Part shown: positions 26,537 to 38,905 of the stretch, piece by piece | How positions within the stretch are numbered: position 1 is the stretch's first letter | Layout of the letters: every line of letters starts with the position of its first letter | Assembly (NCBI RefSeq): GCF_009914755.1 | Contig: NC_060938.1 | From: the human T2T-CHM13v2.0 reference genome, Homo sapiens | DNA length: 64,000 nt | Reading direction: 5' to 3' (one strand) | Notes under the pieces: model-generated | What the model saw: the letters and a program-made list of their open reading frames with translations, nothing else | Told to the model about the DNA's origin: nothing | Databases searched by the model: none | Made by a program: the position numbers and the translations under genes

Positions 26537-29500
26537 GCCATGTATTAAAAACCCACAGCAACTATCTTACTCAATGGTAAAAGACTGAAAGCTTTTCCCG
26601 TAAGATCAGAAACAAGGCAAATGTTTTTAGATGCCTTTTATTATTATTTTTTATATCTGTTTGCAGATGATATGATCTTATATAGAAAAAGATTTTACAA
26701 AAATTAAAAACAAAAACTGTTTGAAGTAATAAATTCATCAGCATAGCAAGATACAAAATCAACACTCCCAAATCAGTTGCATTACTATTCACTAACAATA
26801 AACAATCTGGAAAGGAAATTCAGAAAATAATTTTATTTGTGATAGCATCAAAAAAATAAAACATGTGGGAATTAACTTAACCAAAGAGATAAAAGACATT
26901 TACAATAAAAAATTATAAAATATTGCTGAAGAAGACATAAATAAATGTAAAGAAATCCTATGTTTATCAATTGGAAGACTTAGCATTGTTAAGTTATCAA
27001 TATTACCCAAAGCAATCTACAAATTCAGTGAAATCTCTAGCAAAATCTCAGTGACTTTTTGCAGAAATAGAAAAACCCATCATAAAATTTGTATGGAATT
27101 TCAAGGGACCCTTAATAATTAAAACAATGTTGAAAAAGAAAAACAAAGCTGGAGGGCTCCAACTTACTGATTTTAAAACTTACTACAAAGCTACAGTAAT
27201 GAAAACAGTACGGTATTGGCATAATTTCAAATAAGTAGTCTAAGGAAGCATCACAGATAACCCAGAAATAAGCTCTTCCATATATGGTAAATTGATTTTT
27301 GACAAGGGTGCCAACATAATCAATGAGGGAAGGATAGACTTTTAAACAAATGGCTCTGGGAAAACTGGATATCCACATGTAAACGAATGGATTTAGACTC
27401 TTACCTAACACCATGTACAACAATTAACACAATATTTATCCAAGACCTATACGTAAGTGCATAAAAACTATAAAATTCTATGAAAAAATAGAGCAAAATT
27501 TAATCACATTGGTTTCCTGGATTTGGTTCCAAAGACACAGGCAACTAAAGAAAGAAAGACAAATTGTACTTCCTGAAAAATAAAATATCTTCTTGTATCA
27601 AAAGACAATATCAATAAATTTAAAAAACCCACAGAATGGGAGAATATATTTACAAAACATATATCTAATAAGGAAATAGTGTCTGGAAATATGTATAAAA
27701 CTCTGATAACTCTACAACAAAAACAACAACAACAACATAAACCCAGATTTAAAAATGGACAAAGGTCTTGAATAGACATTTCTCCAAAAAACATATGAAT
27801 AGATAATAAGCACATGAAAAGATGCTCAATACAACTAATTATTATAAAAATGTAAATCAAAACTGCAATGAAATATCACCACATACCCATTAAGATGACT
27901 ACTATAAAGTAACAAAACAGAAAAATACCTACCTTTGATGAGGGTACAGAGAAATGGAAACCCTGTGTACTGCTTGTAGGAATGTAAAATGATACAGTCA
28001 ATATGGAAAATATATGTTGGTTTCTCAAAAAATTAAATATAACATTATCATATGATACACTTTTTGATATATGCCCAAAAGAACTGAAAGCAAGATATTG
28101 AAAATATATTTGCATAACCATATTCACAGGAGTATTATTTACATTGTTTAAAACATGGAAGCAACCAATGTGTCCATTGACCTTAAAATGAGGTATATAG
28201 ATAAAACGGAATATTACTCGGCCTTAGAAATGAAGAGAATTCTGACATATGCTACACTGATAAACAGTGGGGGATTATACTAAGTGGAATAAGCCACTCA
28301 CAAAAAGACAAGTATATAATTCCACTTATCTGAGGTACCTGAAATAGATAAATTTATAAAGACAGAAAGTAGAACGATGGTTGTTCAGAAATAAGATGGA
28401 AGGAGGAATGCAAACTTATTGTTTAATGGACATAGAGTTTCAGTGCATTTTACCACAATTTAATAGTATGTTTTGTTGAAAAGAAGTAGGTTTCCTAGAC
28501 TCATAATATGGTGTCACTTTTGTTTTTGTTGTTACTAAGCACTTTTAATATTTCCTTTTTAGATGTACCCTATGTCTTTTGTAGTAAGCCATTTCAAAAA
28601 TTGGATCAATCTTCAGAATGAAGGAATTAAACTTTTATCCTTAACCATTGTAAAAGTCTGTGAAAAGACGTGATTTTATTGCACTGCAAAATAATTTTGA
28701 ACTTGCAGTGACAAAGAAGGATTCTATTAATTTTGCTTGTTCAATCATGAGTTCTTTCGGAACCATGGATTTATCTAAAGGACTACTATTTATGGTTATT
28801 CCTTTATAAAGATCTTTCAAATATTCAAATTCTCCTGTAAAAAGGGTGAGTAAATAAGTAAAAAATGAAAGTGCCTGGAGGTTTGTTGGCCTCTGGGCAG
28901 ACACAATGAATTTAAGAAGAAAAAATGATACACATTCTTACTCAAAATTACCACATTTCTTATTCAAAATAGTCTACAATTTTTGTCCTAATGCATTTTT
29001 TGTACTAATTCATATTTTGAAAACGGTCTCAAATGTTACACATTAATAAGTTCTTTCATGTGAAAGTATTGGCAGAGTTTATATTATATAGATAGAAAAT
29101 TATTTGACTTAGTTAAAATACTCAAAGTTGAGGTAAAATGTGATGTAATTAAGTTAAAATTTTCTGTGTATAAATCAAACTGACTTGTATTCTTCCTTAT
29201 TTCTTAAAATAATTATTTTTTATCTAGATATGTATGAAAGAAGTGTTTTTACTTTTTAATGATAATTAAACAGATTATTTAAAGAAAAATCTACAATGTT
29301 TGTCCTAGAATACCACACAATGAAGGTGATACATGTTCAAGCCATGATTAAGGCTTTGTTCATATTATGTCTCTATTTTTTAGCACCGTCCAAGAGTGAC
29401 ATGATTGTGGAGGACAGCTCAAATAAAAGTGAAAGTAATAACATTTTTTAAAACACTACAATTTTACTGCCAGTGGGAACTGCCACAATGGCTATATAAT

Positions 29501-29821
29501 TTTCATCTTTTGAAAATAACAGGATTCAAAGCAATAGCTGATTAAAGTTATATAAGCAGCCCATTTTATCATAGACTATTGATGAATTAGTTTTATTAGC
29601 AATGGACACGGTTAATGCAGATACCTTAGCAAAGAGTTATATCAGGGTTTAAAATTGCAATCATTTATCTAAAAAGTAAAGCATGCAAAATAATTTTCAT
29701 TCTGTACGTGGCAACACTTGTAAGGAAGCTCAAAACCATTATAAATCATATGGGAAAAATAACCTTTACCTTTTGAGGTAGAAATACTAATGGGTGCATT
29801 TTATCTATTTAGATTATAATG

Positions 29822-30170
29822 ACAAACTAAGATTATTTTGGTTGCGAATTAGAAAAAAAGTCAATCAAACTGGCTTAGGTCAAAGAATAAAATTTATTGG
29901 TTTATGTCATTGTAAGGTCCAGTGGTGAATAACATTCAGGTAAAGTTTGATCAAATGACTGAAATGGTTTTTCTCAAGGCTTAGATCTTCCCATTTCTGT
30001 CTCTCTGTTGACTTCATTCATTCTGTTGAGTAAAACTGGCTAGAGCAAACATTTTTGTACTGTTCCTGACCTTAGGGGAAAATAGCTTTTACTTGGTGGC
30101 ATCAATGCTCTAGGCCTGTATCATTTTTATGGCCAGCCACCCCTGAAGAAAGAGGTATAATTCTTCCTCT
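29822..30170 (-). mobile_element. Old MLT1-type MaLR LTR fragment
   Basis: 'taagattattttggttgcgaattagaaaaaaagtcaatcaaactggcttagg...tttattggtttatgtcattgtaaggtccagtgg' matches the reverse 3' end of old MLT1 LTRs. Confidence 0.65.
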
Positions 30171-30174
30171 AGAA

Positions 30175-30262
30175 CAGTGGTTCTAGATTGGGGACAATTT
30201 TGCTCTGTAGGAGACATTTGGCAATGTCTGCACGTATGATATTTGTCACAACTGAGACATGA
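30175..30262. mobile_element. MER20 (hAT-Charlie) half element
   Basis: 'cagtggttct...ggggacaattttgctc...ggagacatttggcaatgtctg...tgtcacaactg'. Confidence 0.85.
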
Positions 30263-30279
30263 AGCTACCTGAATGAGTA

Positions 30280-32240
30280 GTGTATTCAAATCCTCTGCTC
30301 ATTTTAAAAACTTGATTATTTGCCTGTTAATTGGATTGTTCATGTCAAGTTGCAGGAATACTTTACTAGGATATTTTGGATATGAGAACTTTATATGATT
30401 TGCAAATATTTTATCACATTTTATAGGTTATCTTTTGATACAGAACATTTTTAAATGTTGATAAATAATTTATCTATTTGTTCCTACTTAATCTAAGGTC
30501 ACAAGGATTTATAGCTATGCTTCCTCCTAAGTGTTTTATAATTCTAGAGGATCCATTTAGGTTATCGTCCCATTTTGAGTTAATTTTTGATGGATACACT
30601 ACAAGCCCTGAGTTTGCTACTACACAATATGTAACAAAATTTACCTGTATTCTATAAATATATACAAATAAAGTTTAAAGGGTATGACATAAAAAATGTG
30701 GGGTAGGAATACAAATTTATGCTTTGGCATATGAATATTCAATAGTCTAATTAGCATTTGCTGACATGACTAATTCTTTCCCTATTTAATTTTCTTAATT
30801 CTCCTGTTGATCTAAAGATTCATGGGTTTATATGACTGTACTCTCCACTCTATTCATTAATCTATATATCTATCTTTATGTCAGTACCACACTACTTTAA
30901 TTACTGTAGCTTTGTAGTATGTTTTGAAATTAAGAATTGTGAGTCAACTTTATTCTTTTGTTTGGAATGTTTTGACTTCTTGCATTTATACAGGAATTTT
31001 AAGATCATTGTATCTATTTCTGCAAACAGGTAGTTAGAATGTTGATGCTGATTAAATTCATTAAATAAATTTAGGGAATACTGATACTTTAATAATACTA
31101 AACCTTCCAATCAATAAATCTAGACATATTTCTATTTATTTAGCTCCTCTTAAATTCTATTAGCACTACCTGATAGTTTTCAGTGTACCATGCTTGCACT
31201 TCCTTGGTTAAATTCATTACTAAGTATTTTATTCTTTTTGCTGCTACTGTAAATGAAATCATTTTGTTAATTTCAACTTTGGCTTGTTCACTTTTAGTGT
31301 ATAGCTATAGAATGGATTTTGATGTATTGACCTTGTATCTCACAACTCTGCTGACTGATTTTTTTAACATGTGGATTTGTTAGAATTTTCTATGTGTATA
31401 ATTATGTTAGCTACAAGTAGAGATGGTTTTATTTCTTCCTTTCCAATTTAGATTCCTTTTTTCATTTTCCTGATTTAATTGCTTCTGGTTAGAATTTCTG
31501 ATATGATGTTGAATAAAAGTGGCTAGAGCAAACATCCTTGTACTGTTCCTCATCTTAAGGGGGAAGCTTTGGGTCTTTCACAATTAAGTATGAGGGAGTC
31601 TTTTACAATTAGGCATCATACCATTATCAAGTTGAGGAAATTTCCTGCTATTCATAGTGTGTTGAGTGTTTTTATCATGAAAAGGTATCACACTTTATCA
31701 AAATCTTTTCTGCATTTATTGAGTTGACATGTATATGTGTGTGTTTCCTTTATTCTAGTGATATGGAATTATACTGATCAATTTTCCAATTTTGAATTTC
31801 TGTGATAAATTTCACTTGGTCATGGTGTATAATCCTTTCATATGTTGCTGAATTAGGTATTCTATTGAGGATTCTGTTCTATTCTATTAGGGATCATTGC
31901 ATCTATATTTATATGGGATATCAGATTGTATTTTTCTTTTCTTGGGATATCTTTGCCTGGCTTTGGTATCAGAGTGATGTCGACCTCACAGATTGAGTTA
32001 GCAAGTATACCCTTCTGTTCTATTTTATTTTTTGAAGAGTTTGTACACGATCGGTGTGAGTTTCTCCTTAACATTTGGTGGAATTGACCATTGAAACCTT
32101 CTGGTTCTAGGCATTGTTTTGTTACTGTTTTGGTTAAAAGTTTTTTGATTACTGAGTCATTCTTTTGATTGTTATGTGTCTATTCTATTTTCTGTTTTTC
32201 AGTCAGTTTCAGTTGAGTGTATGTTTATAGGAATTTTTCT
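30280..32240 (-). mobile_element. Ancient L1 (L1M4/L1MB-like) ORF2 fragment
   Basis: Minus-strand ORF 31862-32074 (EQKGILANSICEVDITLIPKPGKD) and 30901-31110 are ORF2p remnants. Confidence 0.88.
30591..30680 (+). mobile_element. Short L1PB/L1PA15-16-type extreme 3' end nested in the older L1
   Basis: 'tggatacactacaagccctgagtttgctactacacaatatgtaacaaaatttacctgtattctataaatatatacaaataaa'. Confidence 0.7.
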
Positions 32241-32506
32241 TGTACTGGAACTAATGAGGTTGGCTGTTACTTTTAAGTCTACCACTGAGCTGGGAAGTGA
32301 GGAATAGGACAATGGATAATTGAAACAGCATAAAGCTTATTATTTTTTCTGCACTTCAGTAATTTTTATTAAGTGTTTTCAAGTTGCTTTTACTAAATTT
32401 CAGAGTCTCAAAGAGTCAATTCTGATGGATTTTCCAGAATTTTAGTTGCTGTTACGAAAGGGTAGATTTTGGAATTCCATACCTCACAATATTTACTGAT
32501 GGCACT
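32241..32506 (-). mobile_element. Probable L1M 5'-end segment
   Basis: Reverse strand begins 'agtgccatcagtaaatattgtgaggtatggaattccaaaatc', similar to 5' ends of old L1M elements. Confidence 0.5.
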
Positions 32507-32512
32507 CTGTAA

Positions 32513-32854
<342 letters not shown>

Positions 32855-33499
32855 TGACCTTTAAAACATGCCAAATCTCCTTGTTTATCAGACAAAATTA
32901 CTTTTTACTTCTTCCACAAATTTCTTTTAACATATTTGTGATATACCTTTAAAATTGGCCCTATTTTAATTATATCTATAATATAAACTGAGTAATTAAG
33001 GTATGTTTAATCTCACTTTGAGTTACAGAAAGCAAAATAACAGAAACCGTGACAGACATAAAAGAGAGTTTTTGGAAATATTTTAAATTTCTGGACATGG
33101 GGGACCTGATTTAGTCAATGGAAAAAGCCACACAACTACAGTATAGATTTGCTTGCAATTATTTTTACATGTATGTTTCAATAGCTATGTGGCTTAAATT
33201 AAAATTTGGTTTTCTCCTAAGATTTATTGTTATATAATTGTTTTTTCCCACATCATCCACAAATACTTAAGGAGTAGCATTGTGTATCATTTCACTTCTT
33301 TTTTCCTTCTGGATGTTCTTATCAAATGTAAATGAAACATAGCAGGAACAAAGAGGTAGGTGTACATTAGAAAATTGTAAGATTTACTTCTCCTTTCTTC
33401 TGGAATAACAATTCAAAACTGTGTTTTATTGGAAGGTGAGGGAGAGGATGGTTAATCACGAATTGAAACAGTATAGATATTTCTCATTCCTTTTAAATA

Positions 33500-34480
33500 A
33501 TTTGATAGTATGTAATTGTTTGAATGTATTAGAGTGTATGCAACAATCTCGTGTGGATGAATATTTGTGTTATTCCCAAAATTTCACGTTTACAAATAAC
33601 TTTTTACATGGGTTGTTCATATTTTTGCCATAATATTTTCATGATAAAGTCCGAGAACTGGGGGTTTCATTTGCCATTCCCATTAGCAATTTTGAGAACA
33701 CCCATTTTTCTAGCATTTCTTTAAAGAGCATGCTGACAAGCTTTTAGATTTTGCCAATCTTAAATGTGAAGAATTACATCTCTGTAAAGATTTAATTGCA
33801 TCTCAACATATGTTCATATCATTAAGTGTACTTTTAACATTGTCAGTCTCTGAATATTTTATTATTTTGGACAATATTCTTCCAAGGGTCTTTTTAAATC
33901 TTAATTGTTATTAGTTATTTATCTCAGATAAAAGTTACAGATATCTTCTTCCAGTTTGTTATTGTCTTTTGATTTTGCCTATGATGTTTCTGTCATGCAA
34001 AGCATTTTTCTTTTGTTTTTATGTAGGCACATTATCAGTATTTTATTTTTTAAAAATTTGTTTGAGACAAATTTAGAAAAGCAGAAATTTGACAAATTTA
34101 GAAAATGCCAGGTAACAAATACATTTACTCACGTTTACTTCTCATGCTTGTGCGATTTTATTTTTACATTTACATCACTGAAAGAGTTGGGGATTATTCT
34201 GTTACACGATTATAGATATAGATTCAATTTTTCTTTTTCCAAGTGGCTATACAGTTACCCAGTACCATTTATTAAAAAGTTTATACATTTTGAAGAATTT
34301 TGAAATGCGAATCTTATCATATGTTACGTTTTAAACTATTCTTTAATTTTTTTCTGAGTGTTTTACTCCATTTCATTCATGTGGTCATATGGTTCCATAC
34401 TCCTTTAATTTTAGAGGATTTACAGAGTGTATAAATATCTGGTAAAACTAATCTCCCCATCATTACTTTATTTTTCATGA
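33500..34480 (-). mobile_element. Ancient L1 (L1ME-like) fragment
   Basis: 'ttgccattcccattagcaat...ttttgccaatct...tttaattgcat...cccagtaccatttattaaaaag' is reverse late ORF2. Confidence 0.7.
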
Positions 34481-34679
34481 CCTGTCTGCCAAATACTAAT
34501 CTTTGAATTACAGCAGGTAGTAAAAATAGAAAAATTTCTGTGATTTGAAGTTTACTACAATAAGCATTTACTTACCAGAGTTTACAGATGACTTTATTGT
34601 TCTGCCACTGGAACTTACCACACACGTAGTGAATTACTAATTTATTATCACAGCATATTTGTTAAGACCACAGCATCCA

Positions 34680-34890
34680 CAGTCACATTCCCTGGTGTAT
34701 CCAAGCTCCAACTATTACCAACAGTGAAATTATGGGCAGGTTACACTATCTAAGCCTCAGTTCCACTTATGTTAAAAGAGAAAAAAAGTAAAACTACAGC
34801 CTAATGCTGGAGTGAATGTTAAAATAGAAAATGTATGGTAATAGCTAGTAGAGTCACTGGTAAATCAAGAACTCTCAATAAAATTAATAA
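34680..34890 (+). mobile_element. MIR SINE
   Basis: 'gtgaaattatgggcaggttacactatctaagcctcagttccacttatgttaaaag...ctctcaataaa'. Confidence 0.7.
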
Positions 34891-34989
34891 CTCGTAGACT
34901 TGGCATACAACATTTTTCTCTTTAAAATATTGTGAGAATAGAATTTAGTTACTTTTATAACAGCTTATTTATATACACCAAATCTCCAA

Positions 34990-35150
34990 AAATTATTGAC
35001 AACATTCTCCAAAATTAGGGACTCTCAAATCATCTTATCTAATAACAAATTTACAGAAAACAAAACTGAAGTCTGGAGAGATGTGTGATTTGCCAAGCTC
35101 CTACAGAAAAGTAATGACAACATCAGAGAGAAAATCCAGTTTTTTTCAGT
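34990..35150 (-). mobile_element. MIR SINE
   Basis: 'tttacagaaaacaaaactgaagtctggagagatgtgtgatttgccaagctcctacag' is the reverse MIR core. Confidence 0.65.
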
Positions 35151-35937
35151 TTTCCCTTCTTCCTTTCATAAGTTGTGAGAAGGACCAGATGGTACATAAA
35201 TTATTTTTTCAATCTCATAATTTAATTAAAATGCAGCTATGTTTGTCTTCTCATAAAGAAGCTGACCTTTGTAATACTTCAGTTTTAAACTCTTATTTTC
35301 ACATTCCCCATGGTTGTTTTTTTTCCCCACTTTATTCTACTTCATGATTAATATGAAGCTGGAGGGTTTAGCTAAAATGGTTAGAATTTATCCACTCAAA
35401 CTGTATCACCAGTAATAAAACCTGGATCCTTTCCTAGCGTTTATTGAAGTTTCAGCTTTGCACTAACAGTTTAAACACTCTTCAGCTGGACACATGCTAG
35501 TTCAATACAGTTTATCTTGATGTTGGCTGATGAAGTATAAAAAAATTCATTAATTCATTACATCACATATTCTAGCCTATCTTTGTTCTGTCCAGAACAT
35601 CTGGAGTGATAAACTTTGAACACCAAAAGCCAGATTGGCTTAATCAAACGAGCTGTGTCATTGTTCCTGCAATAGACACTGGTCCATGTAAAGCTGGATA
35701 TACAACATGGCACATTTCAGAGTACACTGAGTATGGTTTTACATATAATAAGTGTTTACCTCTAAATACAAATTAGTGTCTCCCTGGACAATTAGGAATC
35801 GCCAGTGGAGGATTCCTTTCTCATTGACACTTTGTATAGATTCTCAAGTAGTGAAAGTAGAGGGGAAACCTAAAATTGGTACCCAACCTCAAGTCTCTTT
35901 CATCATGAGTATAAAAATCAATTGTTAAAGGGGTTTC

Positions 35938-36351
35938 TGTATTAGACTGTTCTTGCATTGCTATAAAAAATACCTGAGTCTACGTAATTTATAAATAAAA
36001 GAAGTTTAATTGGCTCATAGTTCTGAAGGCTATACAATCAGCATAGAAACTTCTGTTTCTGGGGAGGCCTCTGGAAACTTACAGTCATGATGTAAGGTGA
36101 AGGGGAAACAAACACATCTTACATGGCTGAAGCGGGAGGAAGGGCTGTTGTGGGAGGAGGTGTTACACACTTTTAAACGACCAGATCTTGTGAGAACTCT
36201 ATTGCAAAACAGCACCAAAGGAATGCTGCTAAACCATTTATGAAGGATCCACCCTCACGATCCAATCACCTCCTACCAGGCCCCACCTCCAACACTGGTG
36301 ATTGCAATTGAAAATGAGATTTGAGCGGGGACACAAATCCAAACGATATCG
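35938..36351 (-). mobile_element. MSTA-type MaLR solo LTR
   Basis: tgtattagactgttcttgcattgctataaa...ggacacaaatccaaacgatatc; TSD gtttc/gattc. Confidence 0.92.
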
Positions 36352-36761
36352 GATTCTTAGTCCATTTTCTGTTGCTTATAACAGAACAGCTGACTCTGGG
36401 CAATTTATAAAGAAACAAAATTTATTTCTTACAGAATGAGGCTGGAGAGTCCAAGGTTGAGGTTGCATATCTGGTGAGAACCTTCTTCCTCGTAGGGACC
36501 TTCTGTAGTGTCCAGAGGCAGCACAGGGCATGACGTGGTGAGGAGGCTGATGCAAGCTCAGGTCTTGCTTCTTACTCAGCCACAAATCCCATTCCTATAA
36601 TAACTCATTAATCCATTAATCCATTACCCCATTAATCCATTCACTAGGTCAGAGCCCTCAGGATCCAATCATCTCTTAAAGCCCGTTCTCTCAATATTGC
36701 CACATTGGGGATTGAAATTCACCATGAGGTTTTGAAGAGGGCAAATATTCAAATCACAGCA
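36352..36761 (-). mobile_element. Older MST (MSTC/D-like) MaLR solo LTR
   Basis: 'cttagtccattttctgttgcttataacagaa...ccattaatccatt...caaatattcaaatcacagca'. Confidence 0.88.
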
Positions 36762-36929
36762 AAGGGTAAGTCACTGGAAGATAAAATTAAAAGGTAAATA
36801 GTATTTGGGAGGTTTTTCATATTAAGCATCCATCCTTCAGTAACACCTTACCTTGATTGTGATATACAGATTAGATCAGATAAAATGCATGGCTAAGACA
36901 TTGCTGGTGATTTCACTGAAAAAGAGAAT

Positions 36930-37082
36930 GACAAGCAGCTGGACTTGCTTAAAATACAGATTCCCAGGCTCTCTCTAATCATTTAAAATTATTAGATTGT
37001 GGAAGTATCTTGGGAATTCAAATCTTTATAACCACTCTTAAGTGACTCTAACACATTTGGTCCACGCAGCACACTCTTGGGG
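36930..37082. mobile_element. MER5-family hAT-Charlie fragment
   Basis: 'cttgcttaaaatacagattcccaggctc...tgggaattcaaatctttataaccactcttaagtgactcta'. Confidence 0.6.
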
Positions 37083-37754
37083 GAGGGAGGCATTTTATGA
37101 ACATCATGATGGTGAAAGACTGGATACAATATATGGACACAGAACTATGCAGAGACTTCATGGTTTGCTCAGGATCCATCGAGAATTATTTTAGCAGTGA
37201 AGTGACACCCTTCCTATAAGGCTGTGGTTACCAACCCCAACTGCATATGTAAATGATCTGTAAGAATTAATATAAAGCAATCTTTTTTTAGCACTGTTAG
37301 AAAACAAAATCCTACCTAGGGTGCACCCCTGGAGATTCTGTTGTAGTGGGCTCTGATGAACATCTAGACTTGAAAAGGACCAAAGACCAGAACAAGTCTG
37401 AGACTTTTTCTGTTTCCATTTAAAAATATAAATCACTGTAAGTCTCCATCCAATATGAATATATGGAAAAATATAATGGAATGAAACAACTATTAGTCAA
37501 AGTGATCATCTTGAGAAATATAATACTAAAGTCCTTATTACCGGTTTGGATTTAGGACAAATCAGAAGAGAAAAAAATTTTACTGTAAAATTTACTTTAT
37601 TTGAATATTAGGGTAGTGTTAATAATGTCAATGTTATAGTAACACTCAATGAAGATTTAATGATGTGGGTTATCTCCTCTTTCTAATACAGTTACTCTTT
37701 TTTTCATATGGAAATCTGTGTTGCTGGAAGCAGCTTCATGGCAAGAAGCCTTTC

Positions 37755-38045
37755 TTTTTTTTTTTGAGACGGAGTCTCACTCTGTCACCCAGGCTGGAGT
37801 GTGGTGACACAATCTCAGTTCACCACAACCTCCGCCTCCCGGGTTCAACCATTCTCCTGCCTCAGACTCCTGAGTAGTTGGGATTACAGGTGCCCACCAC
37901 CATGCCTGGCTAATTTTTGTATTTTTAGAGAGATGAGGTTTCACCATGTTGGCTAGGCTGGTCTTGAACTTCTCACCTCAGGTGATCCACCTGCCTTGGC
38001 CTCCCAAAGGGCTAGGATTACAGGCATGAGCCACTGTGCCCAGCC
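37755..38045 (-). mobile_element. AluS (Sx/Sq-like) with perfect 18-bp TSD
   Basis: TSD catggcaagaagcctttc at 37737-37754 and 38046-38063. Confidence 0.97.
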
Positions 38046-38410
38046 CATGGCAAGAAGCCTTTCAATTCACTGTTTAGCCATAAAGTCAGTGCTAAACAAT
38101 GTGGCAGACTTTTACTCTAAGTAGCACATGGAAGAAAATTTGATATTGGCAATTTTTTGTATATATCCTATATTGTTTTGTATATAACCTAAATTATCGT
38201 ATATTTTCAAAATCCCTTAATATACATTGATCTTACCATTTTGTTACAGAGCTAGGTCTGACTTTACCAAAACATTGTTTAAAGCTTAATCATGGGAAGA
38301 TGTAAATAGAAAAAACAGTGACAGAAAACAGTCTTATAATGTATGCAATGCTTCCTATCAAGTGAGATAAGTGAATTTTAGTTGAAACTTTGTTTTTCTC
38401 CTTTCATCTT

Positions 38411-38905
38411 TGTATTATTTATGTGTTGTTTCATAACACATGATCATAAAATGCAAGGGCTTAAAATAAAAACAATTTATGATTTTTCATGACTTGATTG
38501 GTCTTTTTCATGGCTGACTGGCCTCAGCTGGGCAATTCTTATGTTGATCTCTCTTGTGCTCACTTGTGCAGTTGCAGATGGGAGCAGCTGGCCTTGATGA
38601 TTTCATGATGACCTTCTTTATATCCCTACATGCCTGGCATTGATGCTGGCTATTGGCTGGGGCTTCTTAATTTCTTCCTTGTAGCTTGTCATCCTCCAGG
38701 GGTCTAGACAAACATTCTGACAGATGCAATCTGGGTTCCAAGTGAGGAAAAGTAAGGCCACCCATTCTCTTAAGACCTGGTTTCTGGAACTCACACTTCA
38801 TCGCTTCTGCCGTATTCTGATGGTCAAAGCAAATCATAAAGCCAGTTCAGATTCAACTGGAGAGGAAATAATCTCCAAGTTTTGAATGAAGAATATGCAA
38901 ACAAG
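38411..38905 (-). mobile_element. MLT1 (G/H/I-like) MaLR solo LTR
   Basis: 'ggcctcagctgggcaattctt...catcgcttctgccgtattctgatggtcaaagcaaatcataaagccagttcagattcaa'. Confidence 0.85.

Larger units (their letters stand above)
21939..28470 (+). mobile_element. Near-full-length ancient L1 (L1MB-like): 5'UTR, ORF1, inter-ORF region, ORF2, 3'UTR, all decayed
   Basis: 5' 'gggaagatggtggagtagaaaacaccaggaa'; ORF1-like ~22840-23660; endonuclease-like ORF 24621-24917 (IINTYTSHN...MVLDFN); ORF 25487-25705 (REYYEQLHTNTLNNLDEMNKFLE); FADDM at ~26660; L1MB-type 3'UTR ending 'ttttaccacaattt'. Confidence 0.88.
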
